A stretch of DNA of 64,000 bases from Eledone cirrhosa (taxonomy: Eukaryota), in NCBI GenBank assembly GCA_964016885.1, contig OZ024741.1, positions 281,480,001 through 281,544,000 on the forward strand, given 5' to 3'. The translations under genes were made by a program, and so were the position numbers. The notes under the pieces were generated by a model. The model was not told where the DNA came from. It saw only the letters and a program-made list of their open reading frames with translations, and ran no database searches. Below are positions 37,101-49,200 of the stretch, in pieces; within the stretch, counting starts at the first letter, position 1; the number at the start of each line of letters is the position of its first letter.

Positions 37101-39201
37101 CTTATCTCTCACCATATTACAGTTTTTTGGGTTTTATTTGAACCAGTCATCAATCCGATACTTTCTCAAACCTGTGAAGACCAGGCTTTTTTAGAGGCGG
37201 CCTTTACTTGTATTTTGTTAGAAATATAATAATAATAGGGTTAATATAGATCCATGGCCACAGACATTGGGAGACCGGAACAGTCAATTAGATTAACACT
37301 AGTACTTGATTTTCTCAACAGCAAAAGATGAACGGGAATGTTAATCATCATTATCATCCTTTTTTGCTTGCATGTGTTAGATGGGTCCTTTCCAGTACAG
37401 CCTCCCTTCATTTGTGGTCCTTTGTCATCCCCTCTGTGAGTGTGAGGCACAATGTTTTGAGATCTGCTCTCACCATTTCTGTTTAGATTATCTTTGGTCT
37501 TCCTCTACCGCAGCTCCTTTCCACCAGTGATCATCATCCATATGCAACGCATATCTATACCAGAGCAGTCTTTTCTCTTGCACACATCATTTGATTCTTA
37601 TTATGCCCAGTTTCTCTCTTAACTCATCCATGCTTTTCTTTTCTTACACTGTAACATCAAACACGCATCAAAGCATGCTTGTTTCATTTCTTTCCAACCT
37701 TCACATATCCTCTGCATTTACTGCTTATATTTCACTTCCATGCAACATCACACTTTGCATGCAGGCATCATTCAGCCAACTTTTCATTCATAGAAATCTT
37801 TTGCTGTCAACAGAGGTATTGGTTACATTTGTAAAGAAACACAACTAAAGAATGCAAAGTTAACACTCAATCAATTCTGCCAATCCACCAGCCTCTCTCA
37901 ATATATCTAACTGGAACAACTGTTTCATGTTTAAGCTTTTATTATCTCACATCATTCTATGAATAAGAGAATAGCTGTATTTATCTTGTAACTGCTTTCA
38001 TCTCCCATCTTACTGTCATTCTGAATATAATTTCTATTATGTAGGATGTTATTGCATAGCTAACATCGCTTTCATTTGAGTTGACTTTATATTACTTATT
38101 TAAATAATGAATACTGTTCAGTTTTTAAAAATTCTCTATTATTATTATTATTATTATGGCAGCATCAGTAAAGTGTTGGACAATATGCTTTGCAGCATAG
38201 AGTTATAGCCCTTTATGGTCTGAGTTCAAATTCTGCCAAGGTTAGCTTTGCCTTTCATCCTTACGAGGTCAATAAAATAAAGTATCAGTAATGCACTGGT
38301 CGACTTTCCCCTCCCTCAAAATTGCTGGCCTTGTGCCTGTATAAGAAACCATTATTACTACTATTATATTGAGGGTGGTGGATTGGCATCAGACATCATG
38401 CTTTACAGCATAGAGTCATAGCCCTTTACATTCTGAGTTCAAATCCAGCAGAGGTTATCTTTGCCTTTCATCCTTACGGGGTCAATAAAATAAAGCACCA
38501 GTAATGTACTGGGGCTGATGTAATCGCGCCCCTCACCAAAAAAAAAAACATTGTTGGCCTGGTGCCTCCTAAATCAGAAACCATCATCATCATCACCATT
38601 ATTATTATTATTATTATTTGTTCAAAAGCTAAAACACCATAGAAGTTTCTCTTGTGCAAGTATTATTTTAATTACAGGTAACACATGTACATCCAGGTGG
38701 AATTGTAACATATGCTAAGGGGGAATATATAATATATATATATATATATAAATCCAGGCCATGAGCAATATTCAGATGATTCAATATTAAATTACTTATT
38801 GATTGATCAAGTAAATGATAACTACATGAATTACATTTCAATAAAACACAAGTTGCTCTGTATGAAATGTAGTAAATCATTGTTTCATTCACCTTAAAAT
38901 ATTTAGTAAATGGTTATTTGATTCATTAAAAGGATTTGTAAGTATTTGTAATAGAGTCATTAGAATGTCAGTTAGAATGCGTTGCAGTGTTTGTTTAGGC
39001 TCTCTGAGTTCAAATCCCTCCAAGCCAACTTCACATTTCAACCAATCAAGGTCGATAAATAAAAGTACCAGTTAAGATAATAATAACAACAACAAAAGCA
39101 AAGTTGACCTCAGCAGGATTTGAACTCAAAGAGCAGAGAGCAAGAACAAATACCACAGAGCATTCTATCCCATGCTCTAATGACTGACAATTCACCAGCA
39201 C

Positions 39202-39993
39202 ACTGCCACTGCTAGCTGCAAAAGGCTTTTCCCTCAAAATGAAAGGCAGACTGTATGATGCGTGTATACGAACAGCAATGTTACATGGTAGTCAGACCTG
39301 GGCGCTGACTGTGGAAGACTTGCGTAGATTAGAAAGAAACGAAGCCTGCATGCTCCAATGGATGTGTAATAGTAATATACGCGAACGGCAAAGCATAAAT
39401 GAATTGAGAGAGAGACTGAGCATAAGAGGAATCAAATGTTGTGTGCAGGAGAGGTGGTTGCGTTGGTATGGACATGTGATGCGTATGAAGGATGACAGCT
39501 GCATAAAAAGGTGCAGAGCACTAGAAGTCGATGGAAACCGTGGAGTGGGGAGACCCAAGACCTGGGATGAGATGATAAAAGCCGACTTTACCCAATTACA
39601 CCTCTCAAAGGCGATGACACATGACCGTGACTTCTGGCGTCACGCAGTAATAGAGAAGACCCGACCCCCCACGGGTACAAGCAGAAGCTGAAGCATATGG
39701 ACAATATGCCCCCACACCCTCCCACTGCAAAGTGGTCGTGGAGGTGCCACGGCAAAAAAAACACCCAGCCCACACTGTAAAGTTGACGTGTAGGCGCCAC
39801 TGAAAAAAAGCACCCAGCACTCACTGTAAATGAGGTTGGTGTTAGGAAGGGCATCCAGCTGTAGAAATCAAGCCAGAATCAGTTCCCGTATGAGCAAGGC
39901 ATGGTCAGCCAACCAGACACTGCCCACAACAGGACAACCCATCTAACCTTTGCTAGCGTGGAAGAACGGAAGTAAAACAGTGATGATGATGAT
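39202..39993 (+). mobile_element. 5'-truncated RTE LINE (second subfamily)
   Basis: KGRLYDACIRTAMLHGSQTW..LRWYGHVMR..GRPKTWDE; 3' UTR and (GAT)n tail. Confidence 0.9.
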
Positions 39994-40352
39994 ACATACA
40001 TACATAAATTCAGCAAGAAGACTGAATATATACTGCAGTTACTCTCATATATATTTCATGAAATTATATATTATATACGACAAAAACAAACTTGTGTAAG
40101 ACAGAACAAAGGAAAGACACAAAATAAGAAAAGTAGTCACTGAGGAGGTCACAGAATGTGTGATGAAAGAGCTTTGGTGACAATCATCAATCATCTGGTT
40201 ATTAAACTAACTGCCTGGGAAATTATAATAAATTGAAGTGAAACCCAATAGGTGTGTGTGTTTTTTATTGGCAGTATGACCTCTCAAAGTATAACAATAT
40301 CTGTTTCAACACATGTTTTCAGATAAAAAATCTTGCAAAACAAATACAAAAA

Positions 40353-40400
<48 letters not shown>

Positions 40401-40472
40401 AAGGATGTGGTAAAATACCAGGTGGACCATAACCCACCAGAGTACTCGATACTTGAGGTGGTAGAGTGGGTG

Positions 40473-40597
40473 ATATGAAAAGATTCAGGACCCCTATAGC
40501 TGAGCTCCAGCTGTTTCAACAGCTAGATCCAAACAGTTCGGATCTAGCTGTTGAAACCACCAGAGCTCAACCATAGGGGTCCTGAATCTTTTCATAT
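40473..40597. repeat. 125-bp near-perfect palindrome inside an insert flanked by (TA)n
   Basis: 62-bp arms at 40473-40534 and 40536-40597, 7 mismatches, 1-nt centre. Confidence 0.92.
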
Positions 40598-41063
40598 ATA
40601 TATATATATATATATATAGTATATCTCTAAAGATATAAATGACTTCAGCAAGGAGTCTCAATATGTAATATAAATTACCAGAAATTTTGTAAAATTATAT
40701 ATTTTATATATATATTGTATATCTTAAGACAAATGATTTCAACAAGAACATTACTATAATGGAAATATTTAACTATGAAAAAAAAACATCAGAATTTTTA
40801 TTGTGATCTTGTTGCAACAAGTATCTAATAACAGGAGGCTCTGTGTGCGTGTAGGTCTTTGAAAATTGATTGATCTGTTGTGAGGTCTGGTAATGACTAC
40901 TTCATATAAACAATCTTGTTGTCAAATTTGCTGTCAATGAATTTAAAAAAAGGTGTGTATGTGTGTTAGATGCAGCATGGCTGAATAGTTTAAAAGTTTG
41001 CTTCGCAATCATTAAGTCCCAGGTTCAATTCCTCTGTGGGGCATCTAGGGCAAGTGTCATTTA

Positions 41064-42285
41064 CAAGGATGAGCTGAAAAGTTCATAGATTGACAAAGAA
41101 TTGATGCTAGAACTGTAAAATCTTATATGCATTAAATTCAACTTTTCGTATTAATAACTGCATTGTTTTTTTCGGGTAAACTGACATCTGACTCTTCAAG
41201 AAGACTTCAAAAGTAACTAGTAGCAACTTCTCTTGAAAATGAACAAATTTTGTCATCGTGGTGTTATCAAGTATCTGCAAGAAAAGGGTTTAGCCCCTAA
41301 GGACATTTATGCTGACATAGTTGCTGTATTAGGGGTTGATGCTCCAGCTTTATCAACAATGCAAAAGTGGGCAGCTGAATTTAGGAGAGGAAGGGAGATT
41401 CTTGAAGATGACCCAAGTTTGGATGTCCTGCGACTGCCACCACAAAGGAAAACATTGATTGTGCTCACTGCATGGTGATAGATAACAGGTGATTGACTAT
41501 AAATCAAATAGCCAATGCTATTAGCATATCCCATGAGAAAGTTGAGAATATTCTGCACAATGAACTTGGCATGACGAAGGTTTCTGCTTGATGGGTACCA
41601 CGTCTTCTGACACCTGATCAAAAATGAACCTGGAACATTTAGGGCAGATTCAGTTGGTTTCATTGAACATTTCCTAACCCAGGATGAGTGTTGGGTTCAT
41701 CACTTTGAGACAAAGAAAAAGATGCAGTAGACATCCCTCCTCATCTGCTCCAAAGAAGGGAAGGTGATGGTCTGGGGGCTTTTGGGTGATACAAAAGACA
41801 TTGTGTTTATTGACCATCTTCAAAAGGGCCACAACATCAACAGAGAGCACTATGCCAACCTTTTGAGGCAATTATGAAAGACTATCAAGACCATATGTTC
41901 AGGAAAACTGATAAAGGGGGTCCTGTTTCATTAGGACAATGCTCCAGCACACAAGTCCTTGGTTTCAATGGCTACTGTGTGTGGCTGTGGCTTTGAGCTG
42001 GTTGATCACTGTTCGTATTCTCCTGATTTACTATCATCTGTTCCCCAACATGAAAAAACTGTTGGCTGGAAACCAGTATCGCAGTGATGATGATGTCATA
42101 TCTGCAGTTGATGACTTTTTTCACCAACAGGATGAAAGCTTCTTCACCAATGGGATCCAAGCAGTGCAACACCGATGGAAGAAGTGTGTGGACTGCATGG
42201 GGGACTATGTTGAAAAATAAACATTATTTGGTCATATTCCATGAGAGTATCTTGGTTAGCCTATGCACTTTTCAGTTGATCCTTG
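41064..42285 (+). mobile_element. Degenerate full-span mariner (DD34D-type) transposon inserted into a SINE
   Basis: Imperfect TIRs caaggatgagctgaaaagttcatag / ctatgcacttttcagttgatccttg, TA on both sides; WVPRLLTPDQK, TQDECWVHHF, FH*DNAPAH, YSPDL..YHLF, RWKKCV..GDYVEK. Confidence 0.9.
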
Positions 42286-42790
42286 TACCATAGTCTCGGG
42301 TTGGCTCATAACTTGTTAGTGAAATTGGGATGACGGAATATGTTTGCAAGTCTGTCAGATGGACTGTACTTGTAATTGAAAGTGACCAGCTTTGTCACAC
42401 ACCACGTCATGCTGAATCTCCCTGAAAATTACATTAATGGTACATGTGTCTGTGGAATGCTCAACCACTTATATGTTAAGTTCATAAACACGTAGTTTCA
42501 TTGATGAAACACCAACATTACCACCAGTCCATTCCAAAGTTATGGAATGCTATGTCTAAATATCTAAATATATAAATCACAAGCAGGCTGTTCTGTTGAT
42601 TAAAAATATCATTCCATATCAAAATACTCGACATCCTGCATTTTTGTTCTGAATGACACTAAAAACAGACAAATATATCTGTTGTCTAAATGATGTTTAG
42701 ATTAACAAGAAATTGTATTCATATTCAGACAAATTTTCCAAGATTTTACACCTGTAAAGAGTTGTCTACTAGGTTAAAAAGCAAGGAAGG

Positions 42791-43110
42791 TGAAGGTGTG
42801 TGGTTTAGTGGTTAGAGCATTGGGCTTGCAATCGTAAGGTTGTGAGTTTGATTCCTGGACTGAGTGATGCATTGTGTCTTTGAGCAAGATATTTGGTTTC
42901 ATGTTGCTCAGCTGTAGAAATGTGCTATGATGTCACTGGTGCCAAGCTGTATTAGCCATTGCCTTTCCCTTGGACAACATTGGTGGCATGGAAAGAGGAG
43001 ACCGGTATGATGGGTGACTCCTGGTATTTCACAAGCAACCATGCCTGGACATGTGCCTTGGAAGGGAACTTTTTAGGTGCAAATCCCACGGTCATTTGTG
43101 ACCAAAGCAA
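42791..43110 (+). mobile_element. CORE-like tRNA SINE
   Basis: tggtttagtggttagagc, gagtttgattcc, tgtgtctttgagcaagat. Confidence 0.8.
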
Positions 43111-44226
43111 GGAAAATAACAGACACAAGTAGTGATCAATGCAGCATCTATATGCCTCTCTCAACTCTGTGTCATGCTGATCCTGCTTCGTTATTATGAA
43201 CCTTTTGTTTCCATATTTCCAATAAAAAACACTGCTTATGATTTTCAAATAATTTTGAAAATAATCAAAAATTTCTAAGTATTAACTCTTAACATTCTGT
43301 GCTCCATCAAACCATATTAGCAAGATGTTTCAGCATTATGACTACATCACATGAAATATTAAAGCCTTTACTTTGATACTGTAAAATTTCACAATAATCT
43401 GTTCACTAGCAAAGATACTGTAAACATTTGAATTAACAAGCCTGTTTTTAAAGATATTTACGACAAAATCATTTCAGGTTGTTGAGAATGAAGCAATATA
43501 ATGAACCTTCTTATTAAGATGGTGTTTGGAAGAAAGGTTTTTATACAAAATTTTGATGAAAGGTGTTTTTGGGGTTAAATATAAACAGTTTAATATCATA
43601 GAAACTGGGGTGATTTTAGGTAGTTAGGTCTCAAAAGGGTATAAGCGTACACGGAATACTCAGCCACTTTCACTATAATAATAAATAAGTAGGCAGTGTA
43701 GTTGATTGAACTGGAATACTCCACTTCTGTACCCACTTATTTCTGGGAGGGTCGTGGGAGCAGAGTCCTCAAACACTCCTTCCAGTGAGTCCTGTCAGAA
43801 GCAATCATTTCCAATTGATTTGGCTGGATCCCCAAGCAAGACCAGCTAAGCTCATGGATGTTATTAAAAAATCTTGCTTGGGGTCTGCTACCTGTTGGTT
43901 TTGCCTGTAGAGTCTTTCCAGTGACTTTCTGATCTCTGAGCTATGCACACTATCAAGTAACATTACTTCAAAGACTCTTCAGAGGAACCCCACTTGTATT
44001 CACAATCATATTCTTTCGATCATTACCCAAGACTTATGACCATAGGTAGGGGTTGGCATGAATACCGAATTGAAGAACGTTACTGGAATACGCATAGTCA
44101 GAAATGTGTATATACTTTTAAATGTTAAAAAACACTCATTTAATAGCATAATATCTAAATTACCTACTCAAGAATGGTACTAGAGAAATAGAAGCTTTGC
44201 CAAAATTCAAAGTCTAGCCTTAATAT

Positions 44227-44427
44227 AATTGTTTCTACTTTTAGGCACAAGGCCAGCATTACTGGTACTTTATTTTAGCAGTGCATTACTGGTACTTTAT
44301 TTTATCGACCCCGTAAGGATGAAAGGCAAAGTCAACCTCGGCGGGATTTGAACTGAGATCGTAAAGGGACGTAACTATGCTGGAAAGCATGGCGTCCGAC
44401 CCTCTACCGATACTGCCAATCCACCGC
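44227..44427 (-). mobile_element. Young Deu/Nin-like SINE with internal duplication
   Basis: Near-identical to 11135-11319; gcattactggtactttatttta is duplicated. Confidence 0.9.
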
Positions 44428-45050
44428 TTAATAGTAAATATACCATCAGAAAAAAAAGTATTTCAAAATCAAAATTTACTATGAAAATATTTTTTAAAAA
44501 AACTCATACATATTTTGAGCATCAATGTGCGAGACTTTAACAAAATTTGGTTGTTCTAGGAGCAAAACTCAGATTTTCAAGCAGTGAAAAAGAATAAAAA
44601 CCCCCATAGTTTTGGCAAGCCAATTGCAATTTTTATGAGTGCAACATCTAAATTACCTCCTTGAATAATAAATACCTTTATGTAGAAGAATGACACAAGA
44701 CAAATGAAAGCTTAGCCAAAATTCAAAGCTTTAGCATGGTTGATAATAAATAAACCAACAGAGTAAAACAAAAGAAAGGATGATTTCAAAATCAAAATTC
44801 TATTTATACAATAATTAATACAAAAAATAAAAGAAAAAGAAAACTTTTTACATATTTCGATCACCTACATTAGAAACATTAACAAACTTCAGTTGTTCTT
44901 GCAGCCAAACTCAGATTTTCAAGGAGTGAAAAAGAAAAACAAAACAATAGAAGAACCAGGAGTGTTGGCAAACCAATAGCAATCTTGAGTACTAATAGAC
45001 TAGGAATTCTGACATTAATATTGTGGAATGAATATGTTTCAAGATTCTTG

Positions 45051-45053
<3 letters not shown>

Positions 45054-45148
<95 letters not shown>

Positions 45149-45155
45149 TAGAGAA

Positions 45156-45204
<49 letters not shown>

Positions 45205-45205
45205 T

Positions 45206-45287
<82 letters not shown>

Positions 45288-45300
45288 GTGTGTGTGTGTG
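45054..45300. repeat. About 230-bp (GA)n microsatellite followed by (GT)n
   Basis: Seen directly. Confidence 0.97.
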
Positions 45301-46021
45301 TATAGTTCAAGGAAACAACAAAGAGAGTTACAAAAAGTCATATATATATATATATATGAGAGAGAGGAGGGAGGGTATTGATGAATCCCCAACACAGAAG
45401 GCAGAGTTTATTATTAAGAGCAGTGGAAAACAATGACAAGGCAAAAGAAAAAAATTCTAAACAGGATTTAACATCTGGGAAGCTATTAAATCAGTGGCAG
45501 AAAATAGCTGAAATGCCTTACAAGCAGTTAATATCTCTAACTCACTTTTACTTTGTTTTTCTGACAGAACTTATCTGACAAGCAATGTTTACCTCATTTA
45601 TGAAAACAAAGACAAGAAATATGTGTTAGCTAGAGAAGTACATTACTCAGCTTCCCAAATATATATTGAAATATTGGCATAAAGGTCAGAAATCCAATTG
45701 TTGTCATTTCGTTGTTTTCTAGTCTTATATGTTGTTGTTGTTTTGTTTTTACGTCAACATAAAAGCAATATAGTGAACTGGCAGTCATTAGAGGCATCAG
45801 ATTGAAAAGACCTCAGTATTTATTTATCTCAGTTCCTTGTGCTCTGAGTTCAAATCCTGCCATGGTCAATTTTACCTTTCATCTTGCATGGTATACAACA
45901 TGGTAGTGAGACATGGGCAGTGAATGCAAAGGACATGCAAATGCTGGAGAGAAATGAGGTAAGCGTGCTTCAATGAGAGAAGGACAAAGTATGGATGATC
46001 TGAGAGAGAAACTGGGTTTAA

Positions 46022-46223
46022 CCCTTTAGCATTTACATTTGTATTTTCACAGTAAACACTTTATCTCTCATAATTATCTCACATAATATCGAATCTATGA
46101 GATTTTGATATTTATTCTGAGAACAATACCTTAATATCAGTATGAGTAGCCAGTTACAGCCAGTTTGAACAGGAAGAGGTGAGAGAATTCTGGCCAGATA
46201 TGGCCGGTTTAAATGCTAAAGGG
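46022..46223. mobile_element. 202-bp piggyBac-type MITE inserted into an RTE fragment (about 45895-46375)
   Basis: Perfect 14-bp TIR ccctttagcattta/taaatgctaaaggg; TTAA at 46018-21 and 46224-27. Excision restores LREKLGLRGIRSS..RLCGYGHVM. Confidence 0.9.
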
Positions 46224-49200
46224 TTAAGAGGAATCAGAAGTAGTGCACATGAGAGGAGACTGTGTGGGTATGGACATGTGATGTGCATGAATGGTGATTG
46301 CTGGGTGAAGAAGTACCAAGTAATCCCAGTGGAAGGAAGCTGCAGTAAAGAAAAACCTGGATGGAAGTGGTGAGAGCTGATATCCTGTCCAACCCATGTA
46401 AGTGAGGAACAACGAATATTTGATAAATAAATTACCAGTCTTATACTGGGGTTGATTATTCTCCTGTACTTCTCTCTCTTACTTCCTTTATCACACTTTC
46501 ATTGTGTTTTTTCTGGAAGAAATTGGTTGGATTCCAGCCTGAAAGGAATCGGCTTAGATTTAAAATGTCCAAGACAGACCATGTCTGAAGACAGCAACCA
46601 ACCCCTACTACTTCATCAGGAGTTAAAACCCTTTAGTGTACCAACATAAAAGCTACAATAGTTATCTAATGAAGTTCTGTATTGATTTAGCCCTCATGAT
46701 TAAAGCACAATGCTTAAATTGTTACTGACCAAAAAAATCTTATGGCAGTATCAGTTGAGTGTCGGACAACAATGCTTTGCGGGATACAGTTATGGTCCAT
46801 TACATTTTGAGTTCAAATCCTGCTGAGGTTAGCTTTGCCTTTCAGCCATAATGGATGGATAAAATAAAGTACCAGTAATGCACTGGTGTTGATTTAATCA
46901 ACATTTCTTTTCCCTTCAAATTGGTAACCTTGTACCCAAAGTAGAAACAATTATTACATTGTGTTAGGGTGGTGGATTAGTATAATCATTTGAATGTCAG
47001 ACAAAATCCTTTGCAGTATTTAATTATCGAACCTTATTTTCTGAGTTCAAATCCTTATAAAACTACTTTGTCTTTCATCCTTCAGGGATTGATGAAATAA
47101 GATACCAGTAAAGTACTGGAATTGGTGTAGTTGACTTCCTCTATCCAACAAATTAGTGGCCTTGTGCCTTAATTAGAAATTATTATTACATAGTGTGTAT
47201 CAAGGCTTTAGAATGCTGAAGGGTGTTTTAACAATTCTTTCTCTTTTATATATATTAATGTTCCGCACTCTGTGAAACTGCATTAGTAACACATTCTTGA
47301 AATCTATAGTGAAAATCAAAGCTATAAATTTAGTTTACTCAAATTTTCACAATGATCTATATCCACTATTAAAGATATAAACATTTGGGAGGACCCTTAA
47401 GTTGTGTCAAGGACATGACAACCTCCCTACACAATAAACACACCCAGCACACACTGTAGAGTGGTTGGTAGTAGGAAAGGCATCCAACTGTAGAAAGCTT
47501 GCTACACAAAGGGTTGGGAGGACCCTTCAGTTGTATCAAAAAACATGACAACCTCTCCTGTGCATTTGGTAGAAAGTGAGCCCATACATAAGATAACAGA
47601 GCCCTAGCCTGTCCTTTGTGGTCAGTAGCCCTGCTTCAGTACTGACTTGGTTTATATAAATCTGTCGAACCCTTGCTAGCAGGGAAAGTGGATTTTAAAT
47701 GATGATTTGAATTAAATTATTTTTTTAAAGATATTTTCTGCTAAACCAGTACACGATATTGAGCATTAAATACTTAACTAGAAGTGGTAGTAATATCACA
47801 CTGTGGATGCCTACTGGTTAAGAAGTTTGCTTCACATTCATTAGGTTCAGGGTTTTCTCCCACTGTATAACATGTTGGGCAACTGTCGTTTACTATAGTC
47901 TCAGGCAATTTTTAAACCTTGTGGAGCCTATCCTTCTCCAGGTCTGAACAGAACCGATTTCTCCCATAGAAAGTCAGAAAGAGAGAAAGAAGAGAAATAT
48001 AAAAGATATAGAGGAAGAATGAGTCCCAGTACTAGATGCTAGTTTTTTTTTTATCGACCTTGAAAGGATGAAAGGCAAAACTGACCTCAGCAGGATTTGA
48101 ACTCACGAGTCAGAGCTGAGAGCCAGAACAAATCCCACAAAGCATTCCGTCCAAAGTTCTAATGATGTTAAAGAATTATCCACCTTGAAAGGTGACAGTG
48201 CTGGTAACACAATAACATACACACATCCGACCCTGTAAGAGAGTAGTGCTGGTGCCACAATAAAATACACTCAGCCCACCCTGTAAGATGGTAGTGCTGG
48301 TGCAACAATAAAATACACCCATTCCACCCTGTAAGGTAGTAGTGCTAGTGTCACACAGTTCACTCTGTAAAGTGGTAGTGCCACAAAAAAGCTCCTAGTA
48401 CATGCTGTAAAGTGGTCTGCATTAAGAAGGGCAAGCTCCAAACAGAATGTATGAGCAAGACATGGTCATCTGGTCTGTCTGGCTTCAGTACAGGACAACC
48501 CATCTAATCCACGTGAGCATGGGAGATAGATGTTAAACACTGATGATGATGAACTTTGCTAAATGCTTTCTTTTTTTTTTTTTTTGCAGACTAACCCTGG
48601 TTTTTATTTACAGGTCATGTTTGTCAATAACCTTGCAGACTTGATAGAACCAGTAGCAGGCATGCATGGTCCTGTAACTTCTGAGGGAGTTGTAGGGGTG
48701 CTGTAGTGAATTTCTAGAGTATTTTTAAACCTGGCAGAGCCCAATCCTCTCCAGGCCTGAGTACAGTAGATTTCTTCCAGTGAAGAACAGAGAGTGAAAG
48801 AATGGAAGTGAAAAAGAGATATAAATGAAGAATCAACCCTAGTACTAGACTGGTACTTTTTTAGTGACCTTGAAAGTGAGAGAGGGGAAGTGAGAAACAG
48901 ATATAGAGGAAGAATCGACCTCAGTACTTGACTGGGACTTTTTTTTTTATTGACCTTAAATGGATGAAAGGTAAAGTTGGCCTCAGCAGAATTTGAACTC
49001 AGAAAGCAGAGACCCGAAACGAATATCGCAAACCATTCTATATGATGTTCTAATGATTCAGTAGTAGGTATATAATGGGTTAATTCAATTAGTTTATATG
49101 TGTCACCAATATATTTACAGCCTTGTGACATTGTGAGAAATCAATAACAGAGTCTTGTTTGTAAATTCAACTTCACTGTCAATCACATAATAGCATTCTT

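Noticed and set aside
44879-45395. RE- and SL-repeat ORFs
   Set aside because: Artefacts of the (GA)n microsatellite.
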